NCBI GenBank assembly: GCA_965224085.1
Contig: CBDCYI010000011.1
Span: 608,001-672,000, forward strand
Direction of reading: 5' to 3'
DNA: 64,000 nt
Source of the DNA: Candidatus Marinacidobacterales bacterium
Lineage (GTDB): Bacteria > Acidobacteriota > Vicinamibacteria > Marinacidobacterales > SMYC01
Shown here: positions 31,084 through 42,051 of the stretch, in pieces
Layout of the letters: every line of letters starts with the position of its first letter
Position numbering within the stretch: the first letter of the stretch is position 1
Notes under the pieces: generated by a model
The model's input: the letters and a program-made list of their open reading frames with translations, nothing else
What the model was told of the DNA's origin: nothing
Database searches by the model: none
Translations under genes and position numbers: made by a program

Positions 31084-32419
31084 ATGGGAAGTCTGCTACG
31101 AAGGGTCAAGAATCGCAAGAAGACGCGTCGTCTAGGTGAAGTAGAGGTCATGGAGCGTGAGGAATATCGGGAGCTGGAGGCGGACTCGAAGATCGAGATG
31201 ATCCGTGCGCTGGTACCTCTCGGCCTGATGCATGTTCACGAGTTGCTGGACGCGGAGGTCAGTGAGTTGGCGGGAGAGCGATACGCTCGGAAGTCGGAGA
31301 CGGTGCAAGGACGACGGCACGGGACGAATCCGGGGACGGTGAAACTCGCGGGTCAGCGAGTTCCGATCCGTGTTCCCCGTGTTCGCGGCTGCGAAGGAGA
31401 GATCCCGTTGAGTTCGTACGAGAGTCTGAGTCACGGCGGAGACGTTGATGAGCTGCTTCTACGACGAGTGCTCTACGGGATCTCGTGCCGCAACTACGAG
31501 TCGGCGGCGGAATCGGTCCCAGGCGCGATCGGTCTATCGAGTTCGACGGTTTCGCGAGGCTTCGTCGAAGCAAGCGCAGCGAAGCTGCGTGAGATGCAGG
31601 AGCGTGATCTCTCCGGTGAGGACGTGGTGGCAATGGTCCTGGACGGCAAGACGTTCGCCGACGCGACGATGGTCGTGGCTCTAGCATCACGTTATCCGGG
31701 GACAAACGCTTTCTCGGCTTTGTTGAGACGGACACCGAGAACGCGCGGGTTCTCAGGCCGTTCCTGCGCTCATTGGTCGAGCGGGGTCTCGATATCTCTG
31801 AAGGGTTGCTGGTGGTCATCGACGGCAGCAAGGGTTTGCGAGGAGCCGTGCTGAAGGCCTTTCGCAAGCGGGTTGTCGTGGGCCGTTGCCAGTGGCACAA
31901 ACGAGAGAATGTCGTGAGCTATTTGTCCAAGAGCGAGCAGTCGTTGTGGCGCAAGCGGCTGCAGAGAGCGTACGGCCGCCCGACGCACAAGGAGGCGCTT
32001 GAGTCCCTCGAGCAACTCCACCGCGAACTGGAAGAGAGGAATCAGTCCGCGGCCTCTAGCCTCGAAGAGGGACTGGAGGAGACCCTGACGTTGCATCGTC
32101 TCGGGGTGTACGGGGTGCTCGGTCACTCACTAAAGACGACGAACTGCATCGATTCCGTTAATGCGCTTGTCGAGGAACGTTGCTCGAAGGTCGATCACTG
32201 GAAGACTTCGAACCAACGCCAACGCTGGCTCGCGACCGCGCTCGTAGACATCGAGCCGCGCCTTCGGAAGGTGATGGGTTATCGACACCTTCCAAAGCTA
32301 CGCGAAGCGCTCAAGCGTGAACTGAAGATCGAGACCGCGAAAAAGATTACACCGAAAAAGAATGTTGCCTAAAACAATCGGGAGCCGTGAAGAGTTTCAC
32401 CTAAGAATGGGCTTGACTC
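31084..32419 (+). mobile_element. IS256-family element; transposase 31084-32372 frameshifted near 31680
   Basis: LYGISCRNY, VLDGK, VIDGSKGL, RCQWHKRENV, TTNCIDS; putative right IR near 32392-32419. Confidence 0.85.
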
Positions 32420-32429
32420 GGTTGAATTC

Positions 32430-32961
32430 CTACTTCTCGTGGAAGCGGCTGTCGATGGGGACCATGATGTGAGCGTATGGTGTATCGGGCCACATGACCC
32501 AAGGACCGCCATTGCGGTGATCCGTGGACATGTTCTTCAACAGGCTGTGGTCCGGCACCACGATCATCATGTGGGCGTGCAAGTTGGTGACCCAGTCCTC
32601 AGGACCGGTGGGCGTGGTGGCGTAGGGGTCTTTGTTGCTGACAGGCGTGTCGCCGGCAAGCATGTAGGCGAACCCCATCTCCGTGTAGCTCGGCTCCGTC
32701 TTGTTCACGTAGGCGTTCAAGAAGTTGAGCCACGGCTCGTTGACGCACCAGGGATCGACGCCCGGCGTGTCCGGCCGGTCGGGGAGGCAGGTCCACTCGT
32801 TGCTGCCTTTGCGCAGCGTTTTCATGTTCCAGTCCTTGACGGTGGCATCGGCACTGATGGAATCGGGTCCCGCGCTCATCGCACTTTCGATGGCCTTGTC
32901 CTTTTGTATCGTTAGAAAGGCCGACATAACGAGGGCACAGAAGCCCAAGAGTGACTTTCAT
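32430..32961 (-). CDS. Secreted hypothetical protein
   Basis: SAMSAGPDSISADATV, GSNEWTCLP, PWVMWPDTPYAHIM; RBS AAAGGAGG upstream of 32961; possible 5' frameshift. Confidence 0.65.
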
Positions 32962-33004
32962 TGGTTTTTCCTCCTTTGAAACTCGATACTGAGACTAGCC
33001 CAAA

Positions 33005-33658
33005 TCAAGCCGCGCGCAACGTGCGCACGGCATCCTCGGTGCTCACGACGGCATTGGCGAGAAAGCCGAAGTTGGTGAGCGCCGCGGTGTAGCCATCGCC
33101 GAGCTCGGGATGCTTCGCGGCCGCGGTGGCGTCCTTGACGACGGAGACCTCGAAGCCTTGCTCCAAGAGCTCGCGCAGGTGGCTCTCGAGGCACAGATTG
33201 GCCGACATCCCGCAGAGCAGCACTTTGGAGATGCCGCGTTTGCGAAGTTGCAGCACGAGGTCATTGCTCTCGGGCCCGTACACCTTGTGCGGACTCACGA
33301 TGACGGTGTTGCCGTCGTCGATGTAGGGCTTGTACACCTCGAGCCAATCTGCGCCCGACCCCTCAAGGCCATCGACCGAAAGGGCCCCGACGCGATCGAA
33401 CATCTTGATCTCGTGCATCATCTTTTCGACGGTGCCGCCGAACTGCCAGCCGTGATCGGTCGGGTAGTAGTAGTGAGGCGAAACGAAGACCTCGCAGCCG
33501 GACTGCTTCGCCGCCTTCAAAAGCGCCTCGATGTGCTCGACCGTCCCGTTCTCCCGAACGCTCTCGCCGACGAGGCCCCACGTGACCCCCGAGGGACTGA
33601 GAAAATCGTTCTGCGGATCGGTGATGACGAGCGCGGTTGCCTTCCGATTCGTGTCCAT
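33005..33658 (-). CDS. Cysteine hydrolase (isochorismatase family)
   Basis: ITDPQNDFLS, SPHKVYGP, GMSANLC. Confidence 0.88.
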   Translation of the reverse strand: MDTNRKATALVITDPQNDFLSPSGVTWGLVGESVRENGTVEHIEALLKAAKQSGCEVFVSPHYYYPTDHGWQFGGTVEKMMHEIKMFDRVGALSVDGLEGSGADWLEVYKPYIDDGNTVIVSPHKVYGPESNDLVLQLRKRGISKVLLCGMSANLCLESHLRELLEQGFEVSVVKDATAAAKHPELGDGYTAALTNFGFLANAVVSTEDAVRTLRAA

Positions 33659-33808
33659 GACTCTCCTCCTTGGTTTGATTGACACTCTTGTGCTTTCGAC
33701 CATGGGGATACTGTGCCGGCAAGCATGTGCGATAGGGTCCGGATGACGTGCTAAATCGTCTCGATCCCGCGTGTTGAAACTCCACCCGTATTCGCATAGC
33801 ATGGCCGC

Positions 33809-34003
33809 ATGCTACTGGAGCGCCTCTTCGAGAATTTGGCACTGTCCGTCGAGCCCTTCGCCACCTGCCGGGTGGCTCCTGGTTGGAGGCTCCGCCTCCC
33901 ACTCCGTGACTGGGTGATTCTCCACTTCGTTTTGCAGGGCGAGGGCCGAACAACGCTGGCCTGTCACGCTCTTTCCGCGCTTCGTGTCATTCCGATGAGC
34001 TAA
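33809..34003 (+). pseudogene. AraC-family regulator N-terminal cupin fragment
   Basis: VEPFATCRV..ILHFVLQGEG; divergent from the hydrolase; no HTH. Confidence 0.55.
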
Positions 34004-34359
34004 AATCGATGTCGAAGAGGAGTTACCCGGTAACACGGACTGTGAGTAAGACTTCGGCGTTTCCGTGGACTTAGGGCCAAAAACTCTGGGTTCATGTCTG
34101 AAGGCGGCAACTAATCGGGGTCGTCCTCCTCGGAGTCGCACTCGGGCTAATAGCACCTTTTGTCGACAAGTGGACGGATAGTCGGTTGTGGTTCTGGCTG
34201 GTTATGACGTTGACGTTTCTTCCGTTGTTTGTGATTACCCATGCCGTGGCCGACTATATTGTACGGAAGTTGTTCTAACTGGGCCGCTCACCTCCTGACG
34301 TTATTTCGGCGCTACGAAATCGCGTTACTGATGTCTTTCCGAAGAGAGGCGTTCCCGCG

Positions 34360-34665
34360 ATGAGTGCTATGCGAGATCTCGTTAATCCGAGATGGATGTA
34401 CCTAAAAGCCGCGCTGCTGCTCGTAATATTGCTCTCCTGCTGTGTCCTGCTCTTGGTGGAGGCGCCAAGTTGGCGCGCCGCTCTGTTGCTTGCTCTCGTC
34501 GTCTGGGCATCCGCACGACTTTACTATTTCATGTTCTACGTGATCGAACGATACTTTGATCGGTCTTATCGCTTTTCCGGGATCGCTTCTGCGCTGTGGC
34601 ACCTCCTGAGTCGAAGTGCGAACCGGCCGGTAAAAGAGGCGGTGTCAAAAAGACCGGACAAGTAG
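34360..34665 (+). CDS. Small membrane protein
   Basis: Two hydrophobic helices; RLYYFMFYVIERY. Confidence 0.6.
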   Translation: MSAMRDLVNPRWMYLKAALLLVILLSCCVLLLVEAPSWRAALLLALVVWASARLYYFMFYVIERYFDRSYRFSGIASALWHLLSRSANRPVKEAVSKRPDK

Positions 34666-35394
34666 TCGCGATTCAGGAGTGAGCGGCGTGCGTCTTGAGA
34701 GCAGCAGCGCCCCCACCCGCCGCTAAGGCGCGCAGGGTCAACCGTACTTCGCCCGCCGGTACGTCTGGCTATCAAAGCGCCCCGGGATGCAACCCACCTA
34801 GTCACGCCACCTCCGTATGCCTCCACATCAAGCCGCTTAATGGAAAGAGGTATCTCGTCCTTTCTAGGCTTCGAACCCGTGGCACGCGGCCCGCTGGCCG
34901 GTCCCGTCAGTACGTCGTGTGGTACCATCCCGCCTCGGCACTCGCGAGTCCCAGCATACGCGGTCCCATGAGGGAGGGCGGGATCATGCGCTTCGTACGG
35001 CGACACAAGGCTTTTTTCGCCTGTTGCTAACGTTGTCGTCGTTTCGCTGATTCGCCTGCTTCTCCGCGCCGCGCCCGCTACCATCGCGATCTCTACCGCA
35101 ACCAGGGGCGGGGCTCGGGCAGCAGCTCGCGCGCATCCTGGAAGATCTGCCTGACCAACCTTTCGAGCACGTTGATGTGATGCCCTCGGGCGGGACCCAG
35201 GAGAACATCGACAGGCTTCTCGATGGGGAGGCGGACGTAGCCTTCGCTCGCCGATCCCAATCTGGACGAGGGGACACGGCGTGAGCGGCTCGGGGCGCTC
35301 GAGAAGCGCATCTGGAGCTCGCTGGAGACAGGAGCGCTGGATTCGTCGCAGCATGCGATGTTCGCAGCTCTGCTGGAATGTGCGCAAGAGCTGC

Positions 35395-35729
35395 CAGTTG
35401 ACGCACGTTCGTCAACAGCTTGTCGATGGCCTGCTTCTTCCTGGGTGGGACGTACAAAGAGCATTGATGTCTTTCTCGAGAAGACGCCCGACGCGGTTCT
35501 CTTTGCTCACGCGGCCGAACAAGGACGCGTGTTTGCGACAAACGACGAGCCTTTGAGAGTGAGAGCCGACCAATGGCTCACGGAAGGCAAATCGTTCAAA
35601 GGACTCGTCACCTGGAAGCTCAAGCTTCATGACCGCTTGAGGGACGGCTGGTTTATCGAAAGGTTCGAGAGACTCGCTGACGAGGACGACGCCTTCTCCT
35701 ATCCCATCCGATACCTTACTAAAGACTAA
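35395..35729 (+). pseudogene. DUF5615/PIN-like protein fragment
   Basis: D..VRQQLVDGL..GWDV, then D..LFAHAAEQGRVFATND in a shifted frame. Confidence 0.55.
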
Positions 35730-35820
35730 CACTCATGCGAAGGGCCTCTCAGAACCGGTGTGGATCCGTAAGCACCAGCTCACCGTACGCCGATCAGAGG
35801 CTCGTGATTGAATGTTGGCG

Positions 35821-36964
35821 CTATTGCGGGCCGCCGCCATGAACCGTGAACTTCTGGACGCGCCGGCCGGTGGACGCTTCCCCCACGTAGAGGTTGCCCT
35901 GCGAGTCGGCGCTCATACCGTGGGGACGCAGGAACTGGCCTAACTGCCGCCCGCCGCGACCGAACTCACCCACCACCTCCAGGTCTTCCCGCCGGAGCGT
36001 CCAGACCTTGTGATTCGTGCCGTCCGCCATGTAGAGCCACCGTTGGTCGGGATCGGGCGACAGTGCGAAGACGAAGGCGGACCCGGAGGCCAAGGTGGCA
36101 GGTGCGACGATCTTCTCCGCGACGAACGCGCCGCTGTGGTCGAAAACCTGGATGCGGTTCGCGCGGCGATCCGCGACGTAGATCCGTCCGTCTTTTGACC
36201 CGATGATGCCGTGGACGGTCGAGAACTGGCGCGGGGGAAGACCCTCCGGATCGCGGTTTTGGTAGTCGTACTCCTCGTCGTCATCCGGCGTCTCGCCATA
36301 GGCGCCCCAGTGACGGAGGTATTTGCCCGTCTCGCCTTCATAGACCACCACCCGGCGATTCCTGTAACCGTCCGTCCGCGATATAGGCCTCGTTCGTTTC
36401 AGGGTCCACCCAGATCCCTGCCGGTCCGCCCAGGAAGTCGGGGTCGTTGCTCCCGGCGTTCTTGTCGTACTCACCGATGGTCATCACGTGCTCGCCGTTC
36501 GGGTGAACTTCATGACCCGATGATGCCTGAAGGTACCCACCCAAACGTAGTCGTTGTGATCCACGAAAATCCCATGAGGGTTCCGGGGATAGTGGGACAT
36601 ATCCTCGGAGGGCTCTCCCCAAGCCTGCACGACCTCGCCCTGCGGGTCGAGCTCGATCACCACCGGCGCCGGTGCGCAGCATGTGCCTATTGGCGGCTCC
36701 TGAACAGCGGATGTCTCTTCGGGGGTCAACGTTTCTGGAAGGTGTGCGACCCAGACATGGTCCTTGGAATCCACGAAGACGGCAATCACGGAGCCGAGAA
36801 TCCAGTTGTTGGGCATCTCCCGGGGCCAGGTGGGGTCGACCTCGAACGTGGGTACCCCTCCATCCGTAGAGACGACGGGCGCCTCTCCGTCGCCTCCGGT
36901 GTGATGGAGGAATCGCCGGAGTTGCGTGCACTCCCTCGTTGAAGGGGTCGGGGCGATCTGACAT
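35821..36964 (-). pseudogene. NHL-repeat protein, frameshifted
   Basis: VFVDSKDHVWV, PHGIFVD, YVADRRANRIQVF, PHGMSADSQGNLYV across three frames. Confidence 0.8.
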
Positions 36965-36999
36965 GATAAGCGGCTGCGCGGGCTGTTGAGGTCTGGTCC

Positions 37000-37172
37000 G
37001 AACTCAGAGAATCAGCCAAGTGGAATCTGCATACAGTGTGTTTTTCAGCGGCATGGTCGGCGTTTTTGCCGGCATGGGGGCGCTTTACGTCACCATGAAG
37101 GTCAATGCTTTCGTAGCGGGCGTGGTCGCCCGGAAGCCGGCTAAGGCTGACAAAACTGAGAAGTCTGACTGA
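37000..37172 (+). pseudogene. OadG/GcdD-like small subunit (5' end unclear)
   Basis: Hydrophobic GMVGVFAGMGALYV and a Lys-rich tail directly before the beta subunit. Confidence 0.5.
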
Positions 37173-37174
37173 CC

Positions 37175-38278
37175 GTGGCTTTTCTCGACCAGATCGGTTT
37201 TTCTTCCCTGACCCCCGGGATGGCGTTTACGGGCTTCATCGGGCTCGTGCTCATCTACCTGGCCATCCGCAAGCAATACGAGCCGCTTCTTTTGCTTCCG
37301 ATCGGCTTTGGTATCCTCGTCGCGAATCTTCCTCTCACGCATCTGATGGAACCTGGGGAGGGGCTTCTGTGGCGGTTTTATCACTACGGCATCGAGTGGG
37401 AGGTGATCCCGCCTCTGATCTTTCTTGGGCTTGGTGCCCACACGGATTTTGGGCCGCTTCTTTCGCAGCCTCGTCTCATCTTCCTGGGGGCTGCGGCGCA
37501 AGGCGGCGTGTACGTGACGTTTTTTGTCGCGCACGCGATGGGTTTCTCGTTGAAGGAAGCGGCCACGATCGGGATCATCGGCGGCGCGGATGGTCCCACG
37601 ACCATTTTTCTCGCGGCGCATATAGCGCCTCAGCTTCTCGGCGCCTGTGCCGTGGCCGCGTACTCTTACATGGCGCTCGTTCCCATCATTCAGCCGCCTA
37701 TCATGCGCGCTTTGACGACGGAGCACGAGCGAAAGATCCGGATGAAGAAGTCCCGCAAGGTGTCGCCGCTCGAAAAGCTTTTGTTTCCGATCGTCGCTAC
37801 CATCGTCATCGTGCTGCTCGTGCCCCAGTCGGCCGCGCTCATCTCCATGTTCATGTTAGGCAACCTCTTTCGCGAGTCCAAGGTTGTCGATCGACTGACG
37901 GACACGGTTCAGAACTCACTCATGAACATCGTGACCATCTTTCTAGGCATCAGCGTGGGCGCGACGATGAGCGCGGAGACGTTTTTGCGGCGCGATGTCA
38001 TGTTCATCTTTTTTCTCGGTTTATTCGCTTTCATGATCGGCACCGCCACGGGAATCCTTTTGGCGAAGCTCATGAATTTGTTCACCGAGGATAAAATCAA
38101 TCCGCTCGTGGGGGCCGCCGGGGTTTCGGCCGTCCCGATGGCCGCTCGCGTCGTGCACAAGGTGGGGGCCGAGGCGGACAAGAAGAATTACTTGTTGATG
38201 TTCGCTATGGGGCCCAATCTTGCCGGCGTGATCGGTACTGTGATCGCGGCGGGGATTTTTCTCACCCTTTTCAAGTAG
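37175..38278 (+). CDS. gcdB: Na+-translocating decarboxylase beta subunit
   Basis: YEPLLLLPIGFG, IGIIGGADGPT, VAAYSYMAL, GVSAVPMAARV, MGPNLAG. Confidence 0.92.
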   Translation: MAFLDQIGFSSLTPGMAFTGFIGLVLIYLAIRKQYEPLLLLPIGFGILVANLPLTHLMEPGEGLLWRFYHYGIEWEVIPPLIFLGLGAHTDFGPLLSQPRLIFLGAAAQGGVYVTFFVAHAMGFSLKEAATIGIIGGADGPTTIFLAAHIAPQLLGACAVAAYSYMALVPIIQPPIMRALTTEHERKIRMKKSRKVSPLEKLLFPIVATIVIVLLVPQSAALISMFMLGNLFRESKVVDRLTDTVQNSLMNIVTIFLGISVGATMSAETFLRRDVMFIFFLGLFAFMIGTATGILLAKLMNLFTEDKINPLVGAAGVSAVPMAARVVHKVGAEADKKNYLLMFAMGPNLAGVIGTVIAAGIFLTLFK

Positions 38279-38300
38279 CAGGTTCTTGGAGGTTTCAGTC

Positions 38301-38516
38301 ATGGCAGAAGAAGTTCGCGCACCTCTTTCCGGGATAGTGTTGTCCTTAGCGGCGGAGGTCGGCTCATCGGTGGAAGAAGACGACGAAGTATTGGTCCTCG
38401 AGGCTCTCAAGATGGAGACAGTCGTCTACGCACCTTGCGATGGTCGTTTGAAGGAATTCAGCGTCAAGGTGGGTGATCAGGTCGAAGAGGACGATGTGCT
38501 CGCCGTGATCGAGTAA
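38301..38516 (+). CDS. gcdC: Biotin carboxyl carrier subunit
   Basis: EALKMET biotinylation motif. Confidence 0.85.
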   Translation: MAEEVRAPLSGIVLSLAAEVGSSVEEDDEVLVLEALKMETVVYAPCDGRLKEFSVKVGDQVEEDDVLAVIE

Positions 38517-38549
38517 CCGATTGCATCGGCAATTTTCAGTGGGGCGAAC

Positions 38550-39707
38550 ATGATTTTCGAGCTTAACGAAGAACAGAAACTGGTTCAGGACACGGCCAGG
38601 CAATTTGCGTTGGACGACATTGCGCCCACGCTCGAGGAAGAGGAAAAGAAGCAGGAATTTCGGACCGAGCGCGTCCGCAAGATGGGTGAGCTGGGCTTTT
38701 TCTCCTGCGCGCTCCCCGAGGAGCTCGGCGGAAGCGGGATGGGCTTCTTCGAGTCCGTTTTGATGGCCGAGCAGATCGCGAAGGTCTCCGCGTCGTGGCG
38801 TTTACCGTTCAACATGCAGAATCTAGGCCCCGCGGTAACCGTCACAAAGTTCGGCACTGAGGAGCAGAAGAAAAAGTACGTTCCCGGTTGGGTCGAGGGT
38901 ACACAGATCGGCTTTTTTGCCATGACGGAGCCCGATAGCGGCTCCGATGTGGCGAGCATGAAGACCGTAGCGCACGACCGGGGCGATCATTATGAGCTCC
39001 ACGGGACCAAGATCTGGGCATCCAACGCGGCGCAGGGCGACGCGGGGTTGCTCTATGTCTCGACGGATCCGGAGAAGAAGCACAAGGGCATGACGGCCTT
39101 CATCCTCGAGCCGAAACAACTCGAGAAATTCAGCGCCCGTAACATCGAGACGAAGCTCGGGCTCCATTGCGCACCGACCGGGGAGCTCGTCTTCAGCGGT
39201 ACGAAAATTCCCAAGGAAGCCGTTCTCGGTGAGCCCGGTCAGGGGTTCAAGATCTGTATGTGGCAGCTGAACAACACCCGTCTCGGCTGCGCGGCGGGGG
39301 CTCTGGGCGTGGCCGGAGGCGCTCTCGATTTGGCGATCAACTACGCCAACGAGCGTACTCAGTTCGGCAAGCCCATCTCGAAGCATCAGATGATCCAGGC
39401 TCAGATTGCAGAGATGACCGTCGAGCACGAAGCGGCGCGCCTTCTCGTCTACCGAGCCGCGTGGTTGAAGGACAACGGCAAACCCAATCAGTACGAAACG
39501 TCCATCGCCAAGTACCACGCTTCCGAGACCGCGGTGCATGCGGCCAACGAGTGCATGAAGATCTTCGGCTCGTACGGTTTCTCCTCGGAATATCCCGCTG
39601 AGCGCTTTTATCGCGACGCGAAGTCGCTGCAGATCGTGGAAGGGACGTCGAACGTGCAGAAGCTCATCATCTCCGGAATTGCCTGCGGGCACACGCCCAA
39701 TCGTTGA
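38550..39707 (+). CDS. acd: Acyl-CoA dehydrogenase, likely non-decarboxylating glutaryl-CoA dehydrogenase
   Basis: FAMTEPDSGSD, RTQFGKPI, IVEGTSN (Val before the catalytic Glu), RxxxN; sits in the gcd cluster. Confidence 0.8.
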   Translation: MIFELNEEQKLVQDTARQFALDDIAPTLEEEEKKQEFRTERVRKMGELGFFSCALPEELGGSGMGFFESVLMAEQIAKVSASWRLPFNMQNLGPAVTVTKFGTEEQKKKYVPGWVEGTQIGFFAMTEPDSGSDVASMKTVAHDRGDHYELHGTKIWASNAAQGDAGLLYVSTDPEKKHKGMTAFILEPKQLEKFSARNIETKLGLHCAPTGELVFSGTKIPKEAVLGEPGQGFKICMWQLNNTRLGCAAGALGVAGGALDLAINYANERTQFGKPISKHQMIQAQIAEMTVEHEAARLLVYRAAWLKDNGKPNQYETSIAKYHASETAVHAANECMKIFGSYGFSSEYPAERFYRDAKSLQIVEGTSNVQKLIISGIACGHTPNR

Positions 39708-39714
39708 GGCTCGT

Positions 39715-41448
39715 ATGAAACCTTATTTCGAGAAAATGGACGGCTTCGGCAAGGAGCTGAAAGCGGGACGCGTCAAACGCGCGGCGAGAAGCGCTGAGGA
39801 ACTGCGCAAGGTCGAAGTCGCGATCGACGCCGAGAGTCAGAAGGTCCAGGAGGCTGGCTTTCCGACCGAGAAGATCAACAAGCGCGGCTTCATGACGGTC
39901 TGGCAGAGGCTCGAATATCTCGTCGACCCAGGGACCTGGCATCCGCTCCACACGCTCTATAACCCGCTCGATAATGTTGAGGGGACGACCAACGTCATCG
40001 ACGGTCTCGCGAAGATTTCGGGGCGCTGGGCTGTGGTGATTGGCTTCGACAACAAAGTCATGGCGGGGGCCTGGCTTCCCGGGCAGTCGGAGAATATTCT
40101 CCGCGTCACGGATTTAGCGAAGCGGCTCAACATCCCGCTCGTCTGGCTCGTGAACTGCAGCGGTGCGAAGCTGCCCGAGCAGGAGAAGTTCTACGCGAAC
40201 CGTCGCGGCGCGGGCACACCGTTTTTTCGTCACGCCGAGCTCCAGCAAGCGGGCGTCCCGGTGCTCGCGGGGATTTACGGCACCAACCCAGCCGGAGGCG
40301 GTTATCAAGGTATCAGCCCGACCATCTTGCTCGCGCATAAAGACGCGAACATCGCCGTGGGCGGTGTCGGGATCGTCTCGGGTATGGCGCCGAAAGGCGG
40401 GTTCGACGCGGAGATGCTCGAAGAGCTCATTGCCAAGACGCGCGAATTCACCGCTCGGCCTCCCGGCGATGTCGAAACGCATTACGAGCATACGGGCTTT
40501 TTCTCCCGCGTCTATGAAGAGGAGACCGGCGTTCTGGATGGCCTCAAGGAGTTCATGTTGGGCGTCCCGGCTTACGGGCCCGAGTTCTTTCAGGCGGCCG
40601 AGCCGGCCGAGCCCGAATTCTCCGGTGACGATCTCTATCACTTACTCCCGTTCAATCAGAAAGAGGTCTACGACTTCGACGAGGTCCTCGCCCGCCTCGT
40701 GGACGGCAGTGAAGGAATGGAGTTCCGTCCGGACTATGGCCCCGAGATGTATACGGGTCTTTGCAAGATAGACGGCAAGCTCATCGGCTGCATCGGCAAC
40801 CGGCAGGGCTATCTGGGGAAGGGATATCCGGAATACGCGGATTACCCGGGGATGGGGGGCAAGCTATACCGCCAAGGCCTCATCAAGATGAACGAGTTCG
40901 TCACCTTGTGCGGGCGCGATCGCGTTCCCGTCATCTGGTTCCAGGACACGTCGGGTATCGATGTCGGCGACGTCGCGGAGCGGGCTGAGCTTCTGGGTCT
41001 TGGGCAGTCGCTAATCTATTCCATTCAGCAAACCGATGTTCCGATGATGCTCGTCGTCTTGAGAAAAGGCACGGCCGCGTCGCATTACGTGCTCGGGGGA
41101 CCGACGGCCAATCGCCACAACGCCTTCACGTTGGGGACGGCCGCGACAGAGATCGAGGTGATGCACGGCGAGACAGCGGCCGTTGCCACTTACGCGCGCC
41201 GCGCGGTCAAAGAAAAAGACGCGAGCCGGCCTCTCGAGCCTGTGATCGAGAAGATGAACGAGCTCGTGAAGCGCTATTACGACACGTCACGTCCGGAATA
41301 TTGCGCGCGACATGGTTTCGTCGACGAAGTGGTGAAGCTCTCGGTCTTGCGCAGCTATCTGGCGGCGTTTGCGGGCGCGGCTTATCAGAATCCGAAATCG
41401 GTCTGCCCGCAGCACCAGATGGTTCTTCCCAGAATCATCAAGGGCTGA
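39715..41448 (+). CDS. gcdA: Glutaconyl-CoA decarboxylase alpha (carboxyltransferase) subunit
   Basis: DNKVMAGAW, GTNPAGGGY, GGKLYRQGLIK, RKGTAASHY, AYQNPKSVCP. Confidence 0.88.
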   Translation: MKPYFEKMDGFGKELKAGRVKRAARSAEELRKVEVAIDAESQKVQEAGFPTEKINKRGFMTVWQRLEYLVDPGTWHPLHTLYNPLDNVEGTTNVIDGLAKISGRWAVVIGFDNKVMAGAWLPGQSENILRVTDLAKRLNIPLVWLVNCSGAKLPEQEKFYANRRGAGTPFFRHAELQQAGVPVLAGIYGTNPAGGGYQGISPTILLAHKDANIAVGGVGIVSGMAPKGGFDAEMLEELIAKTREFTARPPGDVETHYEHTGFFSRVYEEETGVLDGLKEFMLGVPAYGPEFFQAAEPAEPEFSGDDLYHLLPFNQKEVYDFDEVLARLVDGSEGMEFRPDYGPEMYTGLCKIDGKLIGCIGNRQGYLGKGYPEYADYPGMGGKLYRQGLIKMNEFVTLCGRDRVPVIWFQDTSGIDVGDVAERAELLGLGQSLIYSIQQTDVPMMLVVLRKGTAASHYVLGGPTANRHNAFTLGTAATEIEVMHGETAAVATYARRAVKEKDASRPLEPVIEKMNELVKRYYDTSRPEYCARHGFVDEVVKLSVLRSYLAAFAGAAYQNPKSVCPQHQMVLPRIIKG

Positions 41449-41621
41449 GTGAAGACGCGAGAACCCGCAACGAAGACGCGTAGCCTAGTCGTGCGATTCG
41501 ACGACGAAACCGAAGAGGCTGTCGCTTCGCTTGCGTTCATCGGGAACGCACCGGCCGATATCCTCGAGAAGGGTATTCTGGCTGTGCAGACGGAGGTCGT
41601 GCAGGCGGCCACGCCGACCAC

Positions 41622-41810
41622 GTAGTGTGCCAAAACTCGATCAACGCCGGATGCTGAGTGTTGGCAGGTCGTTGAAGCGTCCGGGAGCAAGCCTGCCGGA
41701 CTCGATGGGCGGCTAGAATCCGTGCCCATGCAAGCGTACCTCTGGCAGTTCTTCGTTATGGCCTTCGCCGGATGGTCAACCGGTTCCAACAGGACGTCGT
41801 CGTCCTCACT
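41622..41810 (+). mobile_element. Left end plus N-terminal remnant of an integrase-core transposase
   Basis: End motif shared with 11798; WQFFVMAFAGW/VNRFQQDV. Confidence 0.5.
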
Positions 41811-42051
41811 GCCGTTCGAGATCTGCTTGGTCCCTGCGCATCCGGCGAATGCGAAACATACGGAAACGATAAAAGCGCGTCGTATGGAAATCTCTCGAAA
41901 ACGGTGTGTTCTCGAAGAGAGACCCTACCACGCCGGCGGAGACGCTTTCCCCCACAACTCCGGGTGTGCTAGTTTCACCCTCGAAAGAACGGGCTCGTAC
42001 CTCGAAGCAAAAAGAGGCGTCTTCGCTCTTTCTCTAGGAGGACTCGGAATC

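Noticed and set aside
35040-35360. TAXI-type solute-binding fragment (GGTQENIDRL..ADVAF)
   Set aside because: Too degraded to call with reliable coordinates
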